Shown: positions 34,905-44,978 of the stretch, piece after piece
How the letters are laid out: every line of letters begins with the position of its first letter
How positions within the stretch are numbered: position 1 is the stretch's first letter
Origin: Bacteroidota bacterium
Lineage (GTDB): Bacteria > Bacteroidota > Rhodothermia > Balneolales > Balneolaceae
Direction of reading: 5' to 3'
Assembly: GCA_003045995.1 (NCBI GenBank)
Contig: PZPG01000008.1
Location: forward strand, 3,649-67,648
Length of the DNA stretch: 64,000 bases
Translations under genes and position numbers: made by a program
The notes under the pieces: generated by a model
What the model saw: the letters and a program-made list of their open reading frames with translations, nothing else
Told to the model about the DNA's origin: nothing
The model's database searches: none

Positions 34905-36584
34905 TTAGAATGTATAGCCAACGGAAAAACGGAATAGCAGATCAGGGACTGCAATGATGTTTGTACCGACCGTAACGGAATCGAATATCGTGTAGCGTCG
35001 ACCCATGGAAAAGCCGGTTGGCAACAGAGGCAGATCCATTGCATCATTCAAAAAGTTGTCCTCTCCACCTTCAAGTCTGCTTCCGAGCATGACCGATCCA
35101 CCAATCGCATATTGTGGATTTTTGTATTTAGTCCAACGTTTGAATGATTGCAGTAGCAATCCGTCAATATCAAGATAGAGCAATCGAATCGGCAGTAGCA
35201 GAACGGAAGTTCCTTTAAATTTATCACTCATTGCGATGTTAAGACCAAACCCTACGCCGTGTTCGGGCACATATCCGTAGGTATCTCCATCAATCACAAA
35301 TTCGAGGTTGTCCTGATAGTTGGTATAATTCAAGGACATTGTGCTTCTTCCCATTGCGATATCAAGACCCACTGTTAAACTAGATGGCAGTTTAAAGCTG
35401 GACGGTGAAACAATCCCTGAAATATCTCTTTCTGTGGTCAAGTTCGCTTTGTTGGCCTGAATACTTGGGATGAGGCTATCTGCATCAATTTCAAGATCTC
35501 CTCCCAGAATGTCATAGCCAGGAATAAAGACGGGTAAGAAAGCAGAACTTGTAGCTCCTTCATCGCTAAGGTTAAATTCAGGCATATCTTGATAGGTAAC
35601 AGAAAGATCGATGAACTTAAACCGATAGACCATACCGATTTTATACCCGGTTTGTTCATCTTTCATCAGAGCATTGGCTTGAAAGAATAGATTGTTGGAT
35701 TCACCAGCCTCGAAATTCAAGTTTGGATCAAGTGGATTATTGAAGAATCGTTCATCAGCGTTACCAACCACTACCATACCGGAGAGGTCGGTATTGATGT
35801 TTCGCAAATTTTCAACTTGATATCGTTGCAAGTTAGCTCCGACTGCAAGGGTACCGTATCGTCCATCATAGAGTTTCGACCCAAATCCGTAACTTATTGA
35901 GTTCATTCTAAGTGAGAATTGAACCAGTGAGGAGATGTTCATCAATACGTCAAACCGGAGTGATACGTCATCAGTACCCTGATTCTGGCCGATTTTGGTT
36001 GAAAAGCCGGAGGTTTGTAGTCTCAAGTTAAGGTCTACAGGTCGGGTGTAACCAAATCCGAGTGTAAATAAATCATGCAGTGGCCAGGCAACGGAAAATG
36101 AACCAAGTTGCTGCGGTAGTCCAGCTCTCAGGTTATTCAGCGTGCTGTACTGTACAAACGATTCATCCTGCAGGAAAAAGTTATCGGGATCCTCCACGAT
36201 ATCACTGCTTCCAGAAGATATTTCATCATTAATGGTTTCCAGTATCTCATCATTGACGGATCCTACCGACCAGTTTCCCAAACCCAGCCGTCCATCCATG
36301 ATAAAACTTCTTTTTTTCTGGAAGCCAAGACTGGCTGGATTGGTGAAGATCGATGCAGCACCATTATCGACCCGGTTAGAGATCACACCGCCCATCATGG
36401 ATGAGCCGGAACCACCACCAACAAGGTTCATATTCAAGCCAAAATCCACATTTATGTCGCCGCCCATCCATAGATTCAATTCCGGCTTATCATCATCGTC
36501 ATCCTGTGCCTGCAGATTTGTAAATGTACCTGCTGCGAAGAGCAGTGCTAAGAGTAGTGAAGTGTATTTTATCAGTTTTTTCAT
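34905..36584 (-). CDS. outer-membrane beta-barrel protein, PorV/FadL-like (third gene of the giant-protein operon)
   Basis: Signal peptide MKKLIKYTSLLLALLFAAGTFTNLQA. An N-terminal IFTNPASLGF motif resembles the NPAGL motif of PorV/FadL-like barrels. Alternating strands to a terminal FRFSVGYTF. 11 nt after the upstream gene. Confidence 0.55.
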   Translation of the reverse strand: MKKLIKYTSLLLALLFAAGTFTNLQAQDDDDDKPELNLWMGGDINVDFGLNMNLVGGGSGSSMMGGVISNRVDNGAASIFTNPASLGFQKKRSFIMDGRLGLGNWSVGSVNDEILETINDEISSGSSDIVEDPDNFFLQDESFVQYSTLNNLRAGLPQQLGSFSVAWPLHDLFTLGFGYTRPVDLNLRLQTSGFSTKIGQNQGTDDVSLRFDVLMNISSLVQFSLRMNSISYGFGSKLYDGRYGTLAVGANLQRYQVENLRNINTDLSGMVVVGNADERFFNNPLDPNLNFEAGESNNLFFQANALMKDEQTGYKIGMVYRFKFIDLSVTYQDMPEFNLSDEGATSSAFLPVFIPGYDILGGDLEIDADSLIPSIQANKANLTTERDISGIVSPSSFKLPSSLTVGLDIAMGRSTMSLNYTNYQDNLEFVIDGDTYGYVPEHGVGFGLNIAMSDKFKGTSVLLLPIRLLYLDIDGLLLQSFKRWTKYKNPQYAIGGSVMLGSRLEGGEDNFLNDAMDLPLLPTGFSMGRRYTIFDSVTVGTNIIAVPDLLFRFSVGYTF

Positions 36585-36595
36585 GGGATCGGTTC

Positions 36596-37579
36596 TTAAA
36601 AGTGGAGTTGGACGCCTACTCTTTGGGTATTTGCAAGACTATCGACAACATAGCTGTAGTTAAAACGGATGGATACACCGGCCATTTTTGGAATGTTCAA
36701 ACCGACTCCAGCCATATATTTGTCATCATCCATGTTGTTAAGCCATTGCTCAGTACCTAGCCTGGCAGCCAGAACATTGAAGAAAACACGCTCGAAACCG
36801 AAACGTATCGCATCATCCTGCTCGTTGTCTGTACTGGGTCGCAATTCGACGGAAAATGTTGACTTTTCCGTTTGGTAGGAAGAACCAACCAAAAGTTCAA
36901 ATGGAACATCCTCTGTGTAGTCCCCTTTGGTCTGTGCTTCTGTGTTAGCCACTTCACTACTCCAGCTAAACGGTGCGATTACGTCACGAACCATTACGCC
37001 AAATGTTAGATTTTCCGTGGCTTTATATAAAGCTGACAGATCTAATCCATAGCCTGAACCATCACCTGTTACCTGATTGGATAGACCTGTTGTGATCTCA
37101 TCCGGGTCGAAGATGCCTGAATAATCAGATTCCAGCAGTGTGTTGTTTCCAAAGGAGGAGTAACGGAATTTACCGGCGATTCCAGCAGATACTTGCCCTA
37201 CATGAATGCTATAGGCTAAGTGACCAGAGATCTCTCTCATCAGATCATCTCCAGAATTGATGAATGTAACTCCAACTGCTTGATTGCCCTTAAAGGGTAC
37301 TGCTGCGGTTACAAAATTGTAATCCACAAGTCCCATCAGTTTCGTGTGAGTAAACTGTATTTGAGGTGCTTTGAGAAACGAAAGTCCCGCTGGATTGAGA
37401 TACACGGCGTTTACATCATCAGCTAATCCAACGTAGGCATTTCCCATTGCAACAGGTCGGTCTCCATATCCTACATCCACAAAGGCACCTGGAATGGAAC
37501 TCATGTCTTGACCGTGGGCACTCATGCCGGACAACACGATCAGTGTAATTGATAGTATGAATGTTGAGGTAGTTTTCAT
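36596..37579 (-). CDS. PorV/PorQ/FadL-like outer-membrane beta-barrel protein
   Basis: Signal peptide ending SAHG, then the family-typical GDRPVAMGNAYVGLADDVNAVYLNPAGLSFL motif. 327 aa, terminal VGVQLHF. 13 nt after the giant gene. Confidence 0.65.
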   Translation of the reverse strand: MKTTSTFILSITLIVLSGMSAHGQDMSSIPGAFVDVGYGDRPVAMGNAYVGLADDVNAVYLNPAGLSFLKAPQIQFTHTKLMGLVDYNFVTAAVPFKGNQAVGVTFINSGDDLMREISGHLAYSIHVGQVSAGIAGKFRYSSFGNNTLLESDYSGIFDPDEITTGLSNQVTGDGSGYGLDLSALYKATENLTFGVMVRDVIAPFSWSSEVANTEAQTKGDYTEDVPFELLVGSSYQTEKSTFSVELRPSTDNEQDDAIRFGFERVFFNVLAARLGTEQWLNNMDDDKYMAGVGLNIPKMAGVSIRFNYSYVVDSLANTQRVGVQLHF

Positions 37580-37592
37580 GATGGGTTTCCGG

Positions 37593-40500
37593 TTATTTGA
37601 TCAAGATAATTTGTTCCAGTTTTTCAACTTCATTTTTCCCGTCCCGAACATTCATACGTAGAATGTAACGGCCGTTATTTGCCATGGTACCATCTTCAGT
37701 AAGTCCGTCCCAGGTGATTTCCAATGGTGAGTTTGAGCTACCATATCTTCCTGGTAGCTGCTCTACATCTGTAAGAATTTTTCGAACCAATTGCCCCCTA
37801 AGATTATAGATCTCCATGGATACAATTGCGGGAGGTGAGTCCGTGGTGAGCATATATCCAATACGAGCACCTGGCTCAATCATGGGCGAAAATGGGTTTG
37901 GCAGGATACCCAGTTTTTCAACACCCAACGGTAGATTCTCTGAAAGAACCGTAAACTGTCCCAGTTGAGTGAAGTTTTCAATACGGTATCCAACTCCTGT
38001 TCTAGTTGTTGGAAATAGTTCCCACTGGAGTGTAGATTGATCGAATCGACCTACATGTTTCTCACCCTGGAATAGTGCTAGTGACTCTTGTTCTGGAATT
38101 GTTAGTGACGCCCCGGGATTTAGTGCTTCCCCAGAAAATCGGATTCGGTAAATCACATCAGATGCTGTTAGAGAGAGATTACTTCCCTCCGCGATCACAT
38201 ATTTTTTCGGTTTTTCCGGAGTGGAAATACGTAGGGAAACTTCGGCGGGTCCCTGTATTGCCTCAGATGGAATGAATAGTGAAAGATCTTCTCCATTTGT
38301 TAGCGTATAATCGGTGCCTTCCCGTATGGCTGCGAACATTGTTACAACATCTGATTCTGCCGTGAGACCTGTGATCTCATCTGTGATAATCCCTTTAAAC
38401 TCCGTGATTACATTCGGGTTTGGAGTGTAGCGTCCAGTGGAGCTGATCGAACCGATACCCTCTTTCGAGAGGGAAAATTTCAGCTTATCTCCTAGAAGAA
38501 TACGATTACCTTCCGCGTCTCTTGCAACGTAACTAAATGAGGATTGCGTAGCATTGTTCACTCGCTGTGAGGGACGGTTTAAGTTAAGTGAAGCAACCGG
38601 GGTGTTCACAACCTGTACAGTAATGTTTCGCACAAACACTTGTGGAGCCAGATTCGCACGAATCGTTAAATTTGCAGAGCCACTTGCATTTGTAGAAATT
38701 TGAACTTGATTCCCGGAGACGGTTGCACTGAAAGGTGCTCCATCCGCGGCTGTGACAACTAGACTTCCCTCCTCTCCGGTGAAACGATCCGTCATGTTAT
38801 TGTTTTCTCCATCCCGTATCGTGAGGTTAAATCTGTATGTGTCGTTAGCGCGTAGTCTTGTCCCTGTTAACACAGGATCTACAGAAATGGAACTAATTAG
38901 ATCGATCGCAAGTGGCGTTAACGTGTATTCCGGGCTCACAAAGGTCGCGGGCCGATTCGGATCATTGATTTCAACATAGGTAACAATATTTTCCAGTGTG
39001 AACTGTGCTGGAATAGTACCCTCAAGACTTCCATTGACCGGTAGAAGCTCTGCTGTCTGGAATGCACTTTGAGATTCACGCTTGAAATACAGTGTGCCAA
39101 CAACTGCGTCAACATTATATCCATCAGCTACATCGACCTTCACAAGCGTTCCCTCGCTGGCCAACGTAGAATCAGGTGGAGTGAATGTATAAGGCAAAGC
39201 AATCTCTCTATCTACGAGTGAAATATCTGTGTCTAGAGTCACTCGATAGGTTTGATTTGGCAACAGATACTCGTCTGTGGAAACAGCAATTCTGTATTCA
39301 CCTGCCCGAAGTGTAGCCGGTGTTTCAAACTGACCATTCTCATCGGTCGTATAATTAGTTGTATTAGAACTTCCAACCCGCCCTAGGTTGGAACTAATCC
39401 CCTGTATTGGATTTACTCCATCCGTTACTGTGACAGAGATCTGTCCACTCGGAAGCACAAAATCATCCGTAGTGAAAGAGCCACCAATCAGATCATTCGA
39501 TAACGTCAAAATTTGCGTCTGTGTGATTTGACCACTGGTCATTGTAACCACTGCAACTGTTTCTTCGGTTTGACGCATTGGGAAATTATTGACACTAAAA
39601 AGGCCTGAACTGTTTGTAGTCAATTCATAATTCTGATCGCTTTCGATCAAAACAGTTGCGCCTTCCACTCCAACTCCCTGATAAACTACATATCCCCGTA
39701 AAAAGCGTAGTTGTGAGGGTATAATCTCAAGATTTTGATTCGGAACAGACTGTGCAAATTCTACCGCTACAGATGCAAGTGTATCAGGGATAAATCCTGC
39801 AAGTCGAGCTATGATTCGGTAGTTTCCAGCTGGAATACTAGAGATAGAGTAAGATCCATTTGCCAGAGTTACTACTTCCCGCGAAACGTTGGTCTCCAAA
39901 TTGGTTGCACGAATTCGAACATCACGGACCGCAGCATCTGTGTCTGTTCGGGTTACCGTTCCACTGATGGATGACAAGTTCTGTAACATGGAAAACTGAA
40001 CACTTTCCGTAGCTCCTACCCCTAGTTCGACTTCTGCTACATCTGGTTCTGCAGCGAACCCATCAGCGATAGCCCGAACCAAATAGGTTTTACCTGCAGG
40101 TATATTGGCAAATGTGGCCGTGCCCTGTGCCCCTGAATTGCTACTTAAAATGATCTCTTCGTCACTACTTACCACGGAATACGATGTTCCAGCAACAGGA
40201 TCACCATCTGTATTAACCGCACTTACCGTGATCGTTCCCACATTGGCAGTGGCTGCAAAATTGACGATTCGAGTTTCCCCAAACGAGAGATCTGATACAT
40301 CAACGGTCGTAGGATTAAAAAGATAACCAGACCTGGTAATATCTAAACGATAATCACCTTGTGGTAGAAATCGAAAACGATAGGTTCCATCTGGCTCAGA
40401 GGTTTTTACATTAACTACATTGTTGGTACCTGCATCAATCAATCTCAATTCTGCACCACCGATTCCTGCATTCCCGCTCACAGCTGAATTATTGACCGTC

Positions 40501-43500
40501 ACAATCAGGTCATCCAGCTCGACGCTTGCCTGTCCGAGCGGATAATCTGTTTCAATCGATGAATTCACAAGACCCAAACCAAAGGCCTCCGTCTCGATTT
40601 GATAGGTACGTCCAGTCTCAACATTTTCAAAAGAAAACTCACCCGAGTTATTGGACTGTGTCGTATAACTTAGCGTTCCGGATACTGCACGAATATTAAC
40701 TGCAGATCCCAATGACCCACCAACCTGGTTTGTGACCGTACCGTTGATTTGACCATTGTTTAGAGTGACAACCCCATTGATCGTCTGTACAGGATTCTCA
40801 GGGGTGACATTAATGCTGGCTTGCTCAAACGTTGTATATCCATCCCGTATGGCCTCAACTGAATACACACCTGGGCTTAGATTCGAAATGGTATAAGTAC
40901 CAGCGTTATCAGTGATAGCGTTCCCGGAACCATTTGGCCCACTGACAGAAATGGATACAAGACGAACTCCGGCATCCGTCACTGAGTCAAGAATTTGCCC
41001 AGTAACTACACCATTATTTTCCACTACTTCCAACTCGGAACTACTATCGGAAGGGTCATCCGGACTGATTGTCACCGTCACGGGTTCGGATGATGTGAAC
41101 CCTGAGGCATTCGCTACGATTGTGAAAGAGTCATACTCTATCTCTTCAAAGACAAATGAGCCGTCTCCACTAGTCAATGTAGTAATTGGAAGTCCGATGG
41201 AATTGGTTGCAATGACGGATGCATTAGCTACCGGATTTCCAAGGGCATCTTTCACAAGTCCGCTAATTTCACCTGTGAGTGGGATCATTTGAAGAGGGAG
41301 CTGAATCTGCTGTCCATCTGTAACCGCATAATCCGTAATGGTCTCTGTCAAATAACCGTCGAGTGTATAGGTAATTGTGTAACTACCTGTAGTAAGACGT
41401 GCATAGGAGTAATTACCAGTCGCGCCACTCGTTCTTGTTGCATTGTTACCACCACCTTGTCGACTGATGTTAATTACCACATTCTCGAGAGGCATGTCTC
41501 CATCAGTTGAGGTAATTTGACCGGTTACAGAAGCAAAATTTTCTGCAAGCACCACATTTACGTTCGAAATATTCTGTCCCGTACTCACTGTGGATTCGAA
41601 AGCAGCGGGTAAATGTCCAGGACGCTGAGCACGAATGGTGTACGTCCCTCCAAATAAACCGAGTGTATAAAGACCGTTTGCTTGTGAAACGGCACTGGAT
41701 ACCACATTACCTTGACCATCCACTGCCTGAACAGTAACACCCGTGATTCCGAGTCCGTTTTGGTTGGTAACAGCTCCGGAAATAGAAGCAGGGTTTTCAG
41801 TAAGATTCAGATTAAATGTAACCGCTGTTTGAGATGGCTGCAGAACTTCAGTTTCCAAAATTTGTGTACTGTAACCTGTTTTACTTGCAGTAATCTTGTA
41901 ACTTTTCCCTGCTGGCAAGGTAAATCCATAAGAACCGGAAACTTGAGTAAGAGTACTCTCACTGAATCCTGGATCATCCGGGCTAGTCACAACTACACTG
42001 GCATTTCGGAGAACAGTAGCACCACTACTTACAATCCCACTTATGGGTGCAATATTCTCGACCAACGTAAAGTTTCGATTGTTGATTTGCTGACCCGGTG
42101 AGAGCACGATGTTCAATGGTGCGGAACTCAAAAATCCAGATTTTTGTGCTACAACTCCAAATGTTCCCGGTACAATATTGAGCTCGTAATTACCAAAATT
42201 ATCGGTGTTCGCTGTGTATACCTGCCCTGTCGAGGATGTAGCTCTCACAGATGCATTTACAACGGATAAACCGTTGCTGCTCACCCGTCCTCGAATGGTT
42301 GCAGCGTTTGGAGCGAGCGTGAAATTTATACCATCCAAATTCTGCCCAGGTTCTACAGAGATGTTTTTTGGAGCACCTGCAATATATCCCGATCTGCTGG
42401 CACGCAATTCATAATCCCCTGGAGCTGTACTAATGGTGTATGCCCCACTCGGTGTCGTTGTTGTTGACAACAATCCGGGAATCGAGATAGTTACATTCCC
42501 CAATTCGGTACCATCCGGTAGAAATGCAAATCCGGAGATGGAACTTTCGTTTGGCTCCATGATCAACTCTAAATTGGAAAGTGTCTCTGCAAATTCAAGT
42601 ACAACATTCAAAGTGCTTTGCAGTGAGTATCCATTTCGTCCTGCACTGATTGTGAAGGATCCACTACCCAAATTCAAGGTGAACTGACCATTGATGTTTG
42701 TTACTGCAGTTACAGCAGATCCGGAAATTGGTGTAGCTGTCACCGTTACGTTTCGCATCGCAGATAAACTCGTAGATCCATCCGGGTTTGCAATCACCTC
42801 ACGTACGAACCCAGTAACCTGGTTTGCACCGCCAGCCAACGTAAAATTGTTGTTCTGGATATTATCTCCTGTTCCAAGGGACAGTTGCTGAGGCTGTCCG
42901 GCCACAAACCCGTTTCTGGATGCGGATAACACCCAGTTTCCGGAGCTAAGCGTGAAATTATAGAACCCTTCTGAGTTTGTAGTGAGATTGATGATTTGTT
43001 CCCCTTTTTGAGCACGTACACTCGCCAACTGAATTGGGTTTCCACCTGAACTCAAAACATAGCCGGAAACTTCTGCGATATCATTTTCAATCGCCAGGGT
43101 ACCAAACTCGAACTGCTGTCCAAGAACCAATGAAGCGACTTGTTCATCGGTGGTAGCAAAACCTGGTTTCTGTACACGGAATCGGAAGTCACCCGCCGGC
43201 ACGTAGGTGGAAAATTCTCCGTTGATGTCTGTCAGTGTAGAAAACTCCTGATCTGTACCAAATTGAATCAAGACCGCTTCTGCATTGGGTACAACTTCAC
43301 CGTTTTCATCCACCAATGTACCGGAAACGAACGCCGGTAGTGGTTCCATCTGAAACGTGATATTCCTTGTCTGATCCGGTTCAATCTCCGTTACAATAAT
43401 TTGATTTTCATACCCGGTGATCTCTGCTTCAAATTCATAGGTACCTGTAACCAACTCTTCCGAAACACTACTTGCTTGCAGAAGAAATGGTGCTGTCGGA

Positions 43501-44699
43501 GTAACCCCGCCACTCAGCGCTCTTGCACGTATTTCTACACCTTGAAGCAGTGTATTGTCTGTAGCATTCCGGGCACGAATAACAATTTCACCCGTTGTAA
43601 TTTCATATATAAATCTATTGTTGGGAGTGGTTGCAGTCCCTGATGTTGTCCCTCCCCCAAAATCATCGTGGGTAACTACGTTCCAGAAATATTCGGAACT
43701 CTTCAAGTTGGCTGCGGCAGGATAATCGATCAATGTGTTCGATGTGGTTGTAGTCCAGATCGGGATCGTTGCATCTACACCCTGTTGTGTCACTTTCTCG
43801 AGCAGGTTTATGCGATAATATGCAGCTTCCGGCACCTCAGTCCATTCAAATGTGATGGTTTCTTCAGCAAAAAACTCCTCATCCATTACTGGTGATGTAA
43901 GTGTTGTTTGTGGCAATGCATTTTCATTCACATAGGTCATAGGAATAATTCCGCCAAAAACAGCACTTGCAAAAGCAGGGTTGTCCTCTTCATATAGATT
44001 CAAGATTGCATAACTATATTCGGTACCTGGATCGAGTGGCGGGGCTTCAAAAGATCCCTGAATATTGTCGTTAATCTCTCCATAAATCGCACTGTTATCG
44101 GATGTGATAAACTGCCAAACAAGATTGGCACCCTCAACTGATAGATCATCATTTTCATCCGTTACGATTTCAAAGGGTGTACTAGAAAAGATAATCCAGT
44201 AAGCCTCTACACCTGGGATGTCTTCCCACTCGAAAGTTGGTGTTGCATTCGTGATTTCACCCCGTGGAGCAAACACAGTTGGAGCGTTCTGTGCTTCGAT
44301 GATGAGCAAAATCTCATTGGAATAAACCAAGTCTTCACGTGGATCTATCAAAATCCCGTTGGTAGTTGTGGCAGTCGAATTTGTGATACGAGCATAATAT
44401 TTTCCTGGTGTGAGTCCCATATCCTGTGGATTCAGCTCAGAAAAAACTCCCGAAACAGAGGCCTGAGTAAGATTGTAGTTATTTGGGTTTGCCCCGACCT
44501 TGAGAAATGCGTTCAGGCCGTCAAGATTTTGACTGTAATCATAGCGAATGTCTCGGTCTGGCTTGTGCAGTAGCTTAATCTCCCAGTTTCCGTTGCTGTT
44601 CAGGGATTTGGCCGGTTGCAGGAAAAATGTCTGGGCTTGTGCCATACCTGCAGAACCAATAAACAGCAAAAGCAGTACAATTGTTCTCAAAGTTGCCAT
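37593..44699 (-). CDS. giant cell-surface/secreted protein: N-terminal Ig/FN3-like region, about 17 tandem CarboxypepD_reg-like beta-sandwich domains, Ig-like region and T9SS C-terminal sorting domain
   Basis: Single uninterrupted ORF. I prefer the ATG at 44699 (MATLRTIVLLLLFIGSAGMAQA signal) to 44753. A recurring ~90-aa module matches G.V....G.P...A.V.......T.T...G.Y.F.L..G.Y......GY (for example SISGAVTNQNGLGITGVTVQAVDGQGN...NGLYTLGLFGGTYTIRAQRPGHL). C-terminus LPNPFSP...MEIYNLRGQLVRKIL...ITWDGLTEDGTMANNGRYILRMNV...IILIK resembles Por_Secre_tail/FlgD-Ig type CTDs. Confidence 0.85.
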   Translation of the reverse strand: MATLRTIVLLLLFIGSAGMAQAQTFFLQPAKSLNSNGNWEIKLLHKPDRDIRYDYSQNLDGLNAFLKVGANPNNYNLTQASVSGVFSELNPQDMGLTPGKYYARITNSTATTTNGILIDPREDLVYSNEILLIIEAQNAPTVFAPRGEITNATPTFEWEDIPGVEAYWIIFSSTPFEIVTDENDDLSVEGANLVWQFITSDNSAIYGEINDNIQGSFEAPPLDPGTEYSYAILNLYEEDNPAFASAVFGGIIPMTYVNENALPQTTLTSPVMDEEFFAEETITFEWTEVPEAAYYRINLLEKVTQQGVDATIPIWTTTTSNTLIDYPAAANLKSSEYFWNVVTHDDFGGGTTSGTATTPNNRFIYEITTGEIVIRARNATDNTLLQGVEIRARALSGGVTPTAPFLLQASSVSEELVTGTYEFEAEITGYENQIIVTEIEPDQTRNITFQMEPLPAFVSGTLVDENGEVVPNAEAVLIQFGTDQEFSTLTDINGEFSTYVPAGDFRFRVQKPGFATTDEQVASLVLGQQFEFGTLAIENDIAEVSGYVLSSGGNPIQLASVRAQKGEQIINLTTNSEGFYNFTLSSGNWVLSASRNGFVAGQPQQLSLGTGDNIQNNNFTLAGGANQVTGFVREVIANPDGSTSLSAMRNVTVTATPISGSAVTAVTNINGQFTLNLGSGSFTISAGRNGYSLQSTLNVVLEFAETLSNLELIMEPNESSISGFAFLPDGTELGNVTISIPGLLSTTTTPSGAYTISTAPGDYELRASRSGYIAGAPKNISVEPGQNLDGINFTLAPNAATIRGRVSSNGLSVVNASVRATSSTGQVYTANTDNFGNYELNIVPGTFGVVAQKSGFLSSAPLNIVLSPGQQINNRNFTLVENIAPISGIVSSGATVLRNASVVVTSPDDPGFSESTLTQVSGSYGFTLPAGKSYKITASKTGYSTQILETEVLQPSQTAVTFNLNLTENPASISGAVTNQNGLGITGVTVQAVDGQGNVVSSAVSQANGLYTLGLFGGTYTIRAQRPGHLPAAFESTVSTGQNISNVNVVLAENFASVTGQITSTDGDMPLENVVINISRQGGGNNATRTSGATGNYSYARLTTGSYTITYTLDGYLTETITDYAVTDGQQIQLPLQMIPLTGEISGLVKDALGNPVANASVIATNSIGLPITTLTSGDGSFVFEEIEYDSFTIVANASGFTSSEPVTVTISPDDPSDSSSELEVVENNGVVTGQILDSVTDAGVRLVSISVSGPNGSGNAITDNAGTYTISNLSPGVYSVEAIRDGYTTFEQASINVTPENPVQTINGVVTLNNGQINGTVTNQVGGSLGSAVNIRAVSGTLSYTTQSNNSGEFSFENVETGRTYQIETEAFGLGLVNSSIETDYPLGQASVELDDLIVTVNNSAVSGNAGIGGAELRLIDAGTNNVVNVKTSEPDGTYRFRFLPQGDYRLDITRSGYLFNPTTVDVSDLSFGETRIVNFAATANVGTITVSAVNTDGDPVAGTSYSVVSSDEEIILSSNSGAQGTATFANIPAGKTYLVRAIADGFAAEPDVAEVELGVGATESVQFSMLQNLSSISGTVTRTDTDAAVRDVRIRATNLETNVSREVVTLANGSYSISSIPAGNYRIIARLAGFIPDTLASVAVEFAQSVPNQNLEIIPSQLRFLRGYVVYQGVGVEGATVLIESDQNYELTTNSSGLFSVNNFPMRQTEETVAVVTMTSGQITQTQILTLSNDLIGGSFTTDDFVLPSGQISVTVTDGVNPIQGISSNLGRVGSSNTTNYTTDENGQFETPATLRAGEYRIAVSTDEYLLPNQTYRVTLDTDISLVDREIALPYTFTPPDSTLASEGTLVKVDVADGYNVDAVVGTLYFKRESQSAFQTAELLPVNGSLEGTIPAQFTLENIVTYVEINDPNRPATFVSPEYTLTPLAIDLISSISVDPVLTGTRLRANDTYRFNLTIRDGENNNMTDRFTGEEGSLVVTAADGAPFSATVSGNQVQISTNASGSANLTIRANLAPQVFVRNITVQVVNTPVASLNLNRPSQRVNNATQSSFSYVARDAEGNRILLGDKLKFSLSKEGIGSISSTGRYTPNPNVITEFKGIITDEITGLTAESDVVTMFAAIREGTDYTLTNGEDLSLFIPSEAIQGPAEVSLRISTPEKPKKYVIAEGSNLSLTASDVIYRIRFSGEALNPGASLTIPEQESLALFQGEKHVGRFDQSTLQWELFPTTRTGVGYRIENFTQLGQFTVLSENLPLGVEKLGILPNPFSPMIEPGARIGYMLTTDSPPAIVSMEIYNLRGQLVRKILTDVEQLPGRYGSSNSPLEITWDGLTEDGTMANNGRYILRMNVRDGKNEVEKLEQIILIK

Positions 44700-44794
44700 A
44701 GTTGAGTGATGTGATTGAGTGATGAGAATTAATCGATTAGTTTCGTGGATCATTTGAAAAAAGGTGATAATGTATGTGTCATTTCAGAGTACTT

Positions 44795-44833
44795 TACACA
44801 TTCAATTCACACATTTTAGTAACACATTGACTT
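44795..44833. repeat. 3 x 13-nt tandem repeat 96-134 nt upstream of the giant gene start
   Basis: acacattcaattc / acacattttagta / acacattgacttc. The acacatt cores sit exactly 13 nt apart (44795, 44808, 44821). Confidence 0.85.
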
Positions 44834-44978
44834 CGATGGACATGTGATGTCAAAAAGACCAAAGGTGAAGTAAGATCACTTAGTTAGTACTTAATCCCAA
44901 GAATATACAATCGAGAATTTCTTATTTATATTTGTCCCAAGCAAATAAAAAATGCTATATCGCAGGAATTTTTCACAA

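Noticed and set aside
37593-44699. The giant gene as a diversity-generating retroelement target or a pseudogenised/fragmented gene.
   Set aside because: The ORF is uninterrupted. The internal domain repeats are diverged at DNA level. No reverse transcriptase or template repeat is present in the window.
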